DNA from: Moraxella nasovis
Lineage (GTDB): Bacteria; Pseudomonadota; Gammaproteobacteria; Pseudomonadales; Moraxellaceae
Assembly: GCF_022701215.1 (NCBI RefSeq)
Contig: NZ_CP089976.1
Location: forward strand, 1,230,001 to 1,262,000
DNA: 32,000 nt
Direction: 5' to 3'
Part shown: positions 18,741 to 26,851 of the stretch, in pieces
Position numbering within the stretch: the first letter of the stretch is position 1
How the letters are laid out: every line of letters starts with the position of its first letter
Position numbers and translations under genes: made by a program
Notes under the pieces: generated by a model
The model's database searches: none
Seen by the model: the letters and a program-made list of their open reading frames with translations, nothing else
Told to the model about the DNA's origin: nothing

Positions 18741-18790
18741 AAGAAACTCCTATTGGTTGGTTAAGTGATGTGCCGCTATTTAAACGGCGG

Positions 18791-19123
18791 TTAAATTAAT
18801 CTACTGACAACGGCACTTTGATAAAGACGTTTTGCCCGTCCGCCAGTCGCACAAAACACCAAAATAGGCTCAGGCAAATTACTGACGAGTTTGGCAAAAG
18901 CTGTAACGGCGTCCTTGGATAAGCAGACATCTGCATCAACAGGTAAGTGATGATAGATGAGTCCGCAAGCAGTAGCGTGTTGCTGTAACTCAGCAGATGA
19001 AGGCTGATCTGCACATTCACCATCACAGCGTAAGTTAATCAAACTTTTAAAGCCAAGATCGGTGATGGCTTGGCATTGGTCAGGGTGAATCTGTCTGCAT
19101 AAAGTGATGGTATCGACATTCAT
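18791..19123 (-). CDS. DUF442 / TIGR01244-type phosphatase-fold (putative sulfur-transferase) protein
   Basis: 110 aa. N-terminal pattern QI...Q...L...GFKSLINLR.DGE and a C-terminal Cys loop VFCATGGRAKR (C-X4-R). The family assignment is from memory. Confidence 0.6.
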   Translation of the reverse strand: MNVDTITLCRQIHPDQCQAITDLGFKSLINLRCDGECADQPSSAELQQHATACGLIYHHLPVDADVCLSKDAVTAFAKLVSNLPEPILVFCATGGRAKRLYQSAVVSRLI

Positions 19124-19299
19124 GGTGATTGTTTTATAAAGTTAAGTTGATGGTATCTTAACGGAAAAACAAGTCGTATTCAATCGTTATTTGGCATAAG
19201 CTTAGGCTTGATGGGCATTTAGAGCCTGCTTATATATGGCGACCCAATGAAATTTGTCAAGCATAATCGCTTGACGTATTTTCATAAAAATGGCTGCTA

Positions 19300-19689
19300 T
19301 TATTCCCCATAGATTTTGGTCTGTTGGGCAAATTGACAACCCTTTTGACGAGCGGCGATAATCATAGCGTCGTGTTCGCCATACAGACGAGATAGGGTGA
19401 TGTTTTTGGTGTTGCGTTGGCTGTCGTTTGCCCCCACACCAAAACTGATGCTTGGGAAGATACCATAACGACTGCTGCCTGTCAGCCCTATGTTAATCCC
19501 TGTTGATGATAGAGCAATTTGTTGTTTTTGGGTTTTTTCTACCATAGAAGCGATACGATTGGTTTCACTTTGAAGGTCGGCACAGCTTTGGTTTTGGTAG
19601 TTGGTTGGATTGACGTATTGGGGCGTTATCTGTGTGGTCGCACAGCCTGCTAAGGTAAATGCAGCGGTAAGTAATACAAGTTTTTTCAT
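19300..19689 (-). CDS. Hypothetical lipoprotein
   Basis: MKKLVLLTAAFTLAGC signal peptide with lipobox LAGC. I do not recognise a family. Confidence 0.6.
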   Translation of the reverse strand: MKKLVLLTAAFTLAGCATTQITPQYVNPTNYQNQSCADLQSETNRIASMVEKTQKQQIALSSTGINIGLTGSSRYGIFPSISFGVGANDSQRNTKNITLSRLYGEHDAMIIAARQKGCQFAQQTKIYGE

Positions 19690-19713
19690 TAGTTTTCCAA
19701 AGTAATTTAAAAG

Positions 19714-20034
19714 TTAGTGTTTATTTTGCCCTGCACAGTTTGGGCTATTTGGGGCGTGGTGGATGGTTTGCCATTCGCTGGGCGTATAAGCATGAATGGC
19801 AAGTGCGTGGATACTACCGCCATTTGCCATTAAATAGGGTGATACAGCAGCATAGACAGCTTGATGGCGAGCAGCAAGCCGTTTGTCGGCAAAGTTATCA
19901 CTGACAATCACAAGCTTAAAATGGCTTTCTTTGCCATCATAATAGCCTGCATGCATATGGCTTTCATTATCTAGTGTCAGATGGCTTGGTGATAGCCCTT
20001 GTAACGCTGCCATCAGTGCATGATGTGTCGTCAT
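19714..20034 (-). CDS. bolA: BolA family transcriptional regulator / Fe-S-related protein
   Basis: L.L.NES..H and SHFKLVIVSD.F..K..L.RHQ.VY...IHALAIHAYTP.EW, the BolA signature. Confidence 0.8.
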   Translation of the reverse strand: MTTHHALMAALQGLSPSHLTLDNESHMHAGYYDGKESHFKLVIVSDNFADKRLAARHQAVYAAVSPYLMANGGSIHALAIHAYTPSEWQTIHHAPNSPNCAGQNKH

Positions 20035-20140
20035 ATTTTAGCCCTATTGGTTGATATATCGTTAAGACTTGTTTACTGCTAATTACCCGTTTAATTATAG
20101 CCAATCATCAGCCAATAGCAAGCACCCACGCCAAAAACTT

Positions 20141-20149
20141 TGTTATAAT
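20141..20149 (+). promoter_or_regulatory. Candidate extended -10 promoter (TGtTATAAT) for the miniprotein-flavoprotein pair
   Basis: A perfect TGnTATAAT. The implied start site lies downstream of the ORF-track ATG at 20151, which favours the ATG at 20181. Confidence 0.35.
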
Positions 20150-20180
20150 AATGTATCTAATACATAAAAGTGATAAAGTC

Positions 20181-20348
20181 ATGCCTACACAACACCCTAA
20201 GGGTATTCCACCCAAGCCTGAGCCGCCTGAAGATTATGAATGCTGTAACAGCGGCTGTGAAGAGCTGTGCGTGTTTGAGATTTATCGCCAAGAAAGTGCC
20301 GAGTGGCAAGCCAAATATGGCAAGCTAAGCGAGCAGTGTGATGATTGA
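20181..20348 (+). CDS. Oxidoreductase-like (Oxidored-like, PF09791-type) Cys-rich miniprotein, 55 aa
   Basis: P.PPEDYECCNSGCEELCVFEIY matches the remembered CC.SGC..CV...Y signature. The 3' end overlaps the next gene by 8 nt. Confidence 0.6.
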   Translation: MPTQHPKGIPPKPEPPEDYECCNSGCEELCVFEIYRQESAEWQAKYGKLSEQCDD

Positions 20349-21573
20349 GCATTTTGATGTCGTTATCATTGGAGCTGGGGCGTCAGGACTGTTTTGTGCT
20401 TTTAACACAGCCTTATATGGTAAATCCGTTTTGGTGCTTGATCATGCCAATAAAGCGGGTAAGAAAATTTTAATGTCAGGCGGTGGACGCTGTAACTTCA
20501 TTAATACGCATGTTGAGAGCGATCATTTTGTCGGTCAAAATACGCATTTTGTAAAATCTGCCCTAAGTCGATACACGAGCGAAGACTTTATTAAGCTTGT
20601 TGAAAGCCATGGCATTGCCTATCACAATAAGGGTCAAGGTGAGCTTTTTTGTGATGAATCATCTAAGGATATTTTAGCGATGCTATTAACCGAGTGCGAT
20701 AACGCAGGGGTGAGCATTCGACTAAATACGCATATTAATACCATCACACCAAACTGTCACCATCTGGCTGATAATCAAGGCTTTCATCTGGTGGTTACGC
20801 CAAAGCAGGGCTTAGCCTATCAGGTGCATTGTCGGTATTTGATCGTTGCAACAGGTGGACTATCTATCCCAACGCTTGGGGCGACAGGGTTTGGTTATCA
20901 GATTGCCACTCAGTTTGGGCATAAGATAGTACCAACCGCGCCAAGTCTTGTGCCTTTTACTTTTACCGATGAGGTAGGTAAGATGGCAAAGTTATTGTCA
21001 GGTATTAGTCTTGATGTGGTTGCCTTTAATGACAAAGCAAGTTTTAGCTTGCCAATGCTATTTACGCACCGTGGATTATCAGGCCCTGCGATGTTGCAGT
21101 TGTCGAATTATTGGCAAGCAGGCGAGCCAATCTACATTAATTTATTACCTAATATTGATGCGACAAAATTGCTACTATCCACAAAAAACACCCGACCAAA
21201 GCAGCTAATTCGTACAGTATTTGCACCATACTTCCCAAAAAAACTACTCACAGCGATACAGGCACAGTTTTGGCATAGCTTGGCAGAAACTGAGCTTGCC
21301 AATATTAAGGATAAAAAGCTTGTGCAGATTGGTGAGTGTCTAAATGCATGGAAAATTAAACCAGCTGGCACCGAAGGCTATCGTGTCGCAGAGGTAACTT
21401 TAGGCGGTGTAAATACAGCAGATGTGTCTGGCAAGAGTATGCAAAGCCGACTGTGTCAAAATCTGTATTTTATTGGCGAAGTGTTAGATGTAACAGGGCA
21501 TTTGGGTGGGTTTAACTTTGCTTGGGCGTGGGCAAGTGGCTATGTCTGTGCTGAATCTATCGGCATGCGTTAG
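20341..21573 (+). CDS. NAD(P)/FAD-dependent oxidoreductase, HI0933/YhiN (BaiN-like) family
   Basis: Rossmann motif DVVIIGAGASGLFCA, KILMSGGGRCNF, and C-terminal GEVLDVTGHLGGFNFAWAWASG. Confidence 0.85.
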   Translation: MIEHFDVVIIGAGASGLFCAFNTALYGKSVLVLDHANKAGKKILMSGGGRCNFINTHVESDHFVGQNTHFVKSALSRYTSEDFIKLVESHGIAYHNKGQGELFCDESSKDILAMLLTECDNAGVSIRLNTHINTITPNCHHLADNQGFHLVVTPKQGLAYQVHCRYLIVATGGLSIPTLGATGFGYQIATQFGHKIVPTAPSLVPFTFTDEVGKMAKLLSGISLDVVAFNDKASFSLPMLFTHRGLSGPAMLQLSNYWQAGEPIYINLLPNIDATKLLLSTKNTRPKQLIRTVFAPYFPKKLLTAIQAQFWHSLAETELANIKDKKLVQIGECLNAWKIKPAGTEGYRVAEVTLGGVNTADVSGKSMQSRLCQNLYFIGEVLDVTGHLGGFNFAWAWASGYVCAESIGMR

Positions 21574-21707
21574 ATGCACCATCATTGTATCTGATGAGCT
21601 TATAAATACCAACGAAAGTGCCAAAATTTGTGGCGTGGCTTAGCCAAAGTGGTTTATAATAGCCAGCTTACCAACCCAAAACTTACCATTCATCACATAA
21701 GAAAGCC

Positions 21708-22880
21708 ATGTCTGCCATTTTAGAAAAAATACCCCAAGCGTTTTGGCAAAAACTACCAAGTGCTAGAACCACTTTACTGACCAGCTTATTTTTGCTGATG
21801 TCGTTAAGCTTGCTGATGATTGCATCAGCTTCTACGCCGTTTGCACTTACTAAGGGTTTGCCGCCACTGAAGTTTTTTTGGTCACAGATGACCTATGTTG
21901 CCGTGGGGGTGTTGGCAGGGATTATTGCATATCGAGTGATACCGATTCGGATGTATCGTGATTTTTCAATGATTGCTTTTGTCTATCTTGTCACAGCCAT
22001 CTTATTGGTTTTGACATTGATTATCGCTGATTCGATTAATGGGGCGAAGCGATGGATTGAGCTTGGTCCTTTTAATCTGCAAGCAGCAGAGATAGCCAAA
22101 ATGATGATGATTTTTGTGGCGTCAGATTACATGGCACGCCGCTCTGATATTCGTGAGAGCTTGTGGCGTGGCTGGCCGCTACTGTGTCTATATGCTCCGA
22201 TTTTGGCTTTGTTGGTGCTTCAGCCAGATTATGGATCACTCATTGTCATTGCAGCTACTTTACTTGTTATCGCGTTCATCGGTGGTGCCAAGCTTAAAGA
22301 TTATTTGGCAATCTTTGGTGTTTTTGGTGCTGTTGCTGTGTTTGGTCTTTGGGCGGCAGACTATCGCCGTGCACGTCTGCTTTCTTTTTGGGATCCGTTT
22401 AATGACATTCAAGATACTGATTTTCAGCTTGCACGTAGTTTAATCGCCTTTGGACGAGGGCAGTTTAGCGGAGTGGGTTATGGAGATAGTGTTCAAAAAC
22501 TTGCTCACTTACCAGAAGCTCATACTGACTTTTTATTAGCGATTACAGGTGAAGAACTAGGGTTTTTAGGCGTGTCGTCTGTGCTATTGCTAGAGCTGCT
22601 GATTGTTATATCTATTATGAGAATCAGTTATAAGACGCTGCAACGTAACCAAATGTTTTTAAGTTATTCAGTGTTTGGTGTTGGTACGGTGTTATTTGGT
22701 CAAGTTTTGATTAATGTTGGGATGAATACAGGCATTATGCCAACTAAAGGTCTAACTTTACCTTTTTATAGTTTTGGGGGGTCGTCAATCGTTATAGCAC
22801 TGATGATGATTGGGTATGTGCTAAAAGTTGATGCAGAAAGTGATGGTATTCATCAGCGTCAAGAAAACCGTAGATTTTAG
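21708..22880 (+). CDS. ftsW: Peptidoglycan glycosyltransferase FtsW (SEDS family)
   Basis: QLARSLIAFGRGQFSGVGYGDSVQKLAHLPEAHTDFLLAITGEELGFLG and MPTKGLTLPFYSFGGSS match E. coli FtsW much better than RodA (comparison from memory). Confidence 0.8.
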   Translation: MSAILEKIPQAFWQKLPSARTTLLTSLFLLMSLSLLMIASASTPFALTKGLPPLKFFWSQMTYVAVGVLAGIIAYRVIPIRMYRDFSMIAFVYLVTAILLVLTLIIADSINGAKRWIELGPFNLQAAEIAKMMMIFVASDYMARRSDIRESLWRGWPLLCLYAPILALLVLQPDYGSLIVIAATLLVIAFIGGAKLKDYLAIFGVFGAVAVFGLWAADYRRARLLSFWDPFNDIQDTDFQLARSLIAFGRGQFSGVGYGDSVQKLAHLPEAHTDFLLAITGEELGFLGVSSVLLLELLIVISIMRISYKTLQRNQMFLSYSVFGVGTVLFGQVLINVGMNTGIMPTKGLTLPFYSFGGSSIVIALMMIGYVLKVDAESDGIHQRQENRRF

Positions 22881-22898
22881 TAGCGTAGCTTTAAGGCT

Positions 22899-22922
22899 AA
22901 AAAAACGTCCAATGGGCGTTTT
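22899..22922. terminator. Probable bidirectional terminator between the convergent ftsW and gluQ genes
   Basis: A7-cgtcc-aatg-ggcg-T6 forms a short bulged stem flanked by A- and T-tracts. Confidence 0.4.
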
Positions 22923-23906
22923 TTAATATTTGCTGATACCAAGGCTGGTTTTGTTCTTTAAGGGGGTATTTGTCCAGTTTGAGATGGCAAAGGCGAGAAT
23001 TTCGCTGGGCGTACCGCTTGCCATATCATGTGCTATTGGCTGACCTAATAGCGTTAGACAGTGAGTGAGTAGTTGGCTTGGCTTTTCACCATGAATGGGC
23101 TTGGCTAAGTTTTGCTTGGAAAGCTTTTGACCATCTGGGTTATGCAATAAAGGCAAATGGTAAAAATAATCAGGCGTGGGTAGCTGGCACATGGCAAGAA
23201 TGGATAGCTGTGCGATTGTCATTGGGAGAATGTCAAGCCCACGCATAACGTGCGTGATATTTTGTAAGCCATCATCAATTGCACAAGATAAGATATAGTT
23301 AATCATGTTGTTTTGGCGTTTAATGACAACATCGCCTAGGCTTTTGGCAGGATTATCCCAAATCATTCCTTGAAGACCGTCAAAAAAACCACTCATCACA
23401 TCAGGCAGTTGCAGGCGAATTTTACTACAAATCTCATCATGGGCTTGATGTAGGCATAATCTAGGATAGATGGGCGGGGCGTTTAGACTTTCGGTTTGGC
23501 TAAGACAAGCCATTGAGCTATCAATAACGGGGGTAAAAGCATGGGGGTGGCTGTCATAGAAGTCTTGTAACTGCTTGCGAGAACATTGGCATGGGTAGGT
23601 GAGTGTTTTTAGCTTATCTTGAATGATAGCATTATAGATATCTAGCCTGTCTGATTGATAAGTAACGCTTTGATCCCATGTCAGACCTAGATTCTCAAGA
23701 TCATCTAAGATGCTTTGGGTGTATTTGGATTTACACCGTTCAAAATCCACATCTTCAATGCGAAGCAGCCATTGCCCACCAAGCGATTTGATATGACAAA
23801 AGCTCGCAACAGCAGTGGTTAGCGAGCCTAAGTGTAGCATGCCTGTCGGCGACGGAGCGAACCGACCAATAACAGGGCGCAGGCTTTGATGTAATGCACG
23901 TGCCAT
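22923..23906 (-). CDS. gluQ: Glutamyl-Q tRNA(Asp) synthetase
   Basis: GRFAPSPTGMLHLGSL (HIGH-like motif), KLSKQ (KMSKS-like motif), no anticodon-binding domain, and a position directly downstream of dksA as in E. coli. Confidence 0.85.
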   Translation of the reverse strand: MARALHQSLRPVIGRFAPSPTGMLHLGSLTTAVASFCHIKSLGGQWLLRIEDVDFERCKSKYTQSILDDLENLGLTWDQSVTYQSDRLDIYNAIIQDKLKTLTYPCQCSRKQLQDFYDSHPHAFTPVIDSSMACLSQTESLNAPPIYPRLCLHQAHDEICSKIRLQLPDVMSGFFDGLQGMIWDNPAKSLGDVVIKRQNNMINYILSCAIDDGLQNITHVMRGLDILPMTIAQLSILAMCQLPTPDYFYHLPLLHNPDGQKLSKQNLAKPIHGEKPSQLLTHCLTLLGQPIAHDMASGTPSEILAFAISNWTNTPLKNKTSLGISKY

Positions 23907-23915
23907 AGTGCATTA

Positions 23916-24338
23916 TTATCCGTGATTTTGCTTTTCTTTGATTTCAGATAAGGTTTTACAATCAATGCACTGGGTGGCGGTCGGACGTGCTTCTAGGCGG
24001 CGAAGTCCGATTTCTACACCGCAAGTTTCGCAGTAGCCGTAGTCGCCTGTATCAATTTCAACGATGGATTTTTCAATTTTACGAATCAATTTGCGTTCAC
24101 GATCTCGTGTACGCAGCACTAAGGCAAATTCTTCTTCTTGGGTGGCTCTGTCATTGATGTCAGCCATAGCCCCTGTCTCTTCGTTAATGTAGTCCTTTAC
24201 ACGTTCAGCTTCAGTAATCAGCTCAGTTTTCCAGTCTAAGAGCATTTTACGAAAATGCTCTAATTGGCGATCCGACATATATTCTTCGTTGTCAGCGGAT
24301 TGATAAGGAGTGAACGCAGTTTGGGAATGTGTACTCAT
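23916..24338 (-). CDS. dksA: RNA polymerase-binding transcription factor DksA
   Basis: A coiled-coil region followed by a C4 zinc finger, CETCGVEIGLRRLEARPTATQCIDC. The ATG at 24338 (MSTHSQ) is preferred over the upstream TTG at 24371. Confidence 0.9.
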   Translation of the reverse strand: MSTHSQTAFTPYQSADNEEYMSDRQLEHFRKMLLDWKTELITEAERVKDYINEETGAMADINDRATQEEEFALVLRTRDRERKLIRKIEKSIVEIDTGDYGYCETCGVEIGLRRLEARPTATQCIDCKTLSEIKEKQNHG

Positions 24339-24471
24339 TCGTAAGATCCTTTGATGAATGATAAGTTGCACAAAAGAACAAATCGTGCAAGTGCGTCATA
24401 AATGGGCATGGTTTTGGGTTTTTCAAGTTGTTTGCATAATTTTTTAAAAAAAACTATTAAAAAAAATCTAT

Positions 24472-25299
24472 CTAGTCTATCACCCGAATAATTCTACTGT
24501 CAAATTTATCCGCCATTAAGTCAATCAATCGATAACCAAAAGCTATGTCGTCTAAGCAAAAGTCATCAGCTTTTGGCATGAATTGTCGGTTGGTAGAAGG
24601 GCAACTTAGCTGAATGCAGGGGTGGTCTGTGGGGGCTTTTTTTGCACGCGCTTGGTGAACATGGCCGCACAGCACCAGCTTGACATGGGCATGCTTTTTG
24701 ATTAATGCCCAAAATTCATCGGCATTTGTTAAAGCATGGGCATCAATCCAAGCTGACTCGACAGGTACTGCATGATGGTGTAGTGCAATGACAGTATTAA
24801 TTTGTGAATGGCTTAATACATCGTGTAGCCATGCCAATGTATCTGCTAGGAGCGCGCCGTGTATTTGGGCTGACACAGCAGAGTTTAATAGCAGTAGCTG
24901 CCATTTAGCATCTTTTAGGTGAATGTCTATTTTATGACAACTAAGCAGTCTATCATCGGCAGCTTTTGGTAAAAACGTTCGTTCATAAAAAGGTAGATGA
25001 TGATTTAATTCAATGGTGACATCGTGATTGCCTGCAATACAGACAAAGGCAATGCCTAAACTACTTAGCCGACTAAATAGCCAATCATAATCATCACAAG
25101 TGCCATTATTGATCAAATCCCCTGTTAATAACAGTAAATCAGGCTGGCTATCAACGGCGTGGCGTAATGCTTTTTCAAACTGTGTAATGGATAAGTTAGC
25201 ACTATCAGTGCTACGTTGAATGTGTAAATCGCTAATCTGAGCGATACGAAACGTCTCACAGGGTGTGTGTAATGAGTATGGCGGATTTGGCGATTTCAT
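24472..25299 (-). CDS. Metallophosphoesterase (CpdA-like cyclic-nucleotide phosphodiesterase family)
   Basis: Calcineurin-fold motifs ISDLH, LTGDLINNG, AGNHD, LHHH and CGHVH. The ATG at 25299 overlaps the znuB TGA (ATGA). The longer 25392 start in the ORF track would run inside znuB. Confidence 0.8.
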   Translation of the reverse strand: MKSPNPPYSLHTPCETFRIAQISDLHIQRSTDSANLSITQFEKALRHAVDSQPDLLLLTGDLINNGTCDDYDWLFSRLSSLGIAFVCIAGNHDVTIELNHHLPFYERTFLPKAADDRLLSCHKIDIHLKDAKWQLLLLNSAVSAQIHGALLADTLAWLHDVLSHSQINTVIALHHHAVPVESAWIDAHALTNADEFWALIKKHAHVKLVLCGHVHQARAKKAPTDHPCIQLSCPSTNRQFMPKADDFCLDDIAFGYRLIDLMADKFDSRIIRVID

Positions 25300-26096
25300 T
25301 TGCGTTTGGTGATTTTGGTGATGATAAAGGTGGTAAAAAACCCAAGTGATAGCGTAAGCACAATCGCAAGTCCTGTCTGAATATCTAACCATACACTGCC
25401 CCAGACGCCAGCGGTCACTGCCATTTGAGCAAACACCATGGCAAAAACGACCATTTGTAATGGCGAGCGAGACAGCAGGCGAGCGATTAACGCAGGTAAA
25501 ATTAGCAAGCCACTAATTAACAGACTGCCAACAGCTTGAAGAGCGATGGCACAAAAGCTTGCCAACAGACCCATAAAAAAGATTTGTTGTTGTCGTGGCT
25601 TGATGCCTTGGATAATGGCAAGCGGTTCTGAAGTGGCAAGCTTAATTTGTGATTGCCATATCCAAGCTAAAAATCCAAGCCCGAAAGCGACGAATACCCC
25701 AAGTCTTGGTAGGTCTTGCCAGTCTGTTTCTAAAAGTGAGCCAAATAAGAATCCAAGTACGTTTGCTTGTTGCTGGGTCAGCTGTGTTAGGGTTAATAAG
25801 CCAAGACATAACAGCGTTGCTGCCATGATAGCAAGCGTGGCATCAGCAGGTAGGCGTTTATCATGGATCAGTACTAAGACGCTTACCACAAAAGCACTGA
25901 CCGTCATAATGCCAATGTCAGCAGGTAAAGTAAGCCAAGCTGCTATTGCTACGCCAAGCAATGCCCCATGGGCTAAAGTGTCGGCAAAAAAAGCCATTTT
26001 TCGCCATAACACCAAGCAACCAAGAGGTGCTGAAAGTAGGGCAAGTAGTGTGCCTGCAATCCAAGCAGGGGCGATAATAGAAAGCCAGCCGTGCAT
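25296..26096 (-). CDS. znuB: Zinc ABC transporter permease
   Basis: APLGCLVLWRKMAFFADTLAHGALLGVA, close to E. coli ZnuB. The gene sits within zur-znuC-znuB. Confidence 0.9.
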   Translation of the reverse strand: MHGWLSIIAPAWIAGTLLALLSAPLGCLVLWRKMAFFADTLAHGALLGVAIAAWLTLPADIGIMTVSAFVVSVLVLIHDKRLPADATLAIMAATLLCLGLLTLTQLTQQQANVLGFLFGSLLETDWQDLPRLGVFVAFGLGFLAWIWQSQIKLATSEPLAIIQGIKPRQQQIFFMGLLASFCAIALQAVGSLLISGLLILPALIARLLSRSPLQMVVFAMVFAQMAVTAGVWGSVWLDIQTGLAIVLTLSLGFFTTFIITKITKRK

Positions 26097-26101
26097 AGTC
26101 G

Positions 26102-26851
26102 TTACTTAGTCTCGTGATAGCAACCATCGTCATGGTGACAGTGATTGTGATGATGAATGTAGGGCTGGTGATGTCCAAACAGCTGGGAAAATTCATCGCT
26201 TAGAGCAATTTGACTGGGTTCGCCTTGACAGCAGATGTGTTTGTTTAGGCAGATAACCCGCTTAGATCCACGCATGACCCAGTGCAAGTCATGCGACACC
26301 ACAAGCATGGTGCAACGCAGAAAATCAGGCAATTCATCAATAAAATGGTACAGCCAGCTTTCAGTTTCAGGATCAAGCCCTTGCATAGGTTCATCTAATA
26401 TGAGTAAATCAGGCTTATCAAGCAATGCTCTAGCCAGCAGGACACGTTGTAATTCACCACCTGACAGATGGCTAATTTGCTTTTGTAATAGTTTGGTGAT
26501 GGATAAATTATCAAAAATAAACTGCCGCTGATCTTGGGTTAGACGTTTTTGGTGGGCGTGCGACAGCAAGTCTGATGTGCGTAAGGGTAAAATCTCAGGC
26601 ACGCTAAAACGCTGGGGAACATAGCTAAGAACTTGAGCGTAACTGTTGATTTTCCCTGATGTAGGCTTTAACAGTCCTAAAATAAGTTTGACAAGTGTGG
26701 ATTTGCCAGCACCATTTGGACCGATGATACTCACCATCTCATTGCGGTGTAAGCTAAATGAAACGTTGTTAATCAGTGTCATGCCATCAATGTGAAAGCT
26801 AACATGGTCTAGGCTTAATAGCCAATCATTAGGTATGCTATTGGCAATCAC
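26102..26851 (-). CDS. znuC: Zinc ABC transporter ATP-binding protein
   Basis: Walker A GPNGAGKST, signature LSGGELQR, Walker B LLILDEP, and a His/Cys-rich C-terminal tail like that of E. coli ZnuC. Confidence 0.9.
   Translation of the reverse strand: MIANSIPNDWLLSLDHVSFHIDGMTLINNVSFSLHRNEMVSIIGPNGAGKSTLVKLILGLLKPTSGKINSYAQVLSYVPQRFSVPEILPLRTSDLLSHAHQKRLTQDQRQFIFDNLSITKLLQKQISHLSGGELQRVLLARALLDKPDLLILDEPMQGLDPETESWLYHFIDELPDFLRCTMLVVSHDLHWVMRGSKRVICLNKHICCQGEPSQIALSDEFSQLFGHHQPYIHHHNHCHHDDGCYHETK

Noticed and set aside
19256-19275. 7-bp inverted repeat gtcaagc/gcttgac downstream of the 19300-19689 lipoprotein gene, as a possible terminator.
   Set aside because: The stem is short and is followed on the minus strand by aaatttc rather than a U-run. 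The support is too weak.
24472-25392. The ORF-track extension of the phosphoesterase to 25392 (306 aa). Similar 5' extensions occur at 11634 (hisC), 4725 (MFS), 7162 (dolP-like), 1209 (phosphatase), 24371 (dksA), 27464 (znuA), 14965 (lipoprotein) and 20151 (miniprotein).
   Set aside because: The extensions overlap the upstream gene or use TTG/GTG codons without an RBS. They add residues that are not part of the conserved family N-termini. Internal ATGs with better context were chosen instead.
26102-26170. His/Cys-rich C-terminal tail of ZnuC (HHQPYIHHHNHCHHDDGCYHETK), considered as a novelty.
   Set aside because: As I recall, E. coli ZnuC ends with a comparable HHHNHRHD segment. The tail therefore appears to be a conserved family feature rather than something new.
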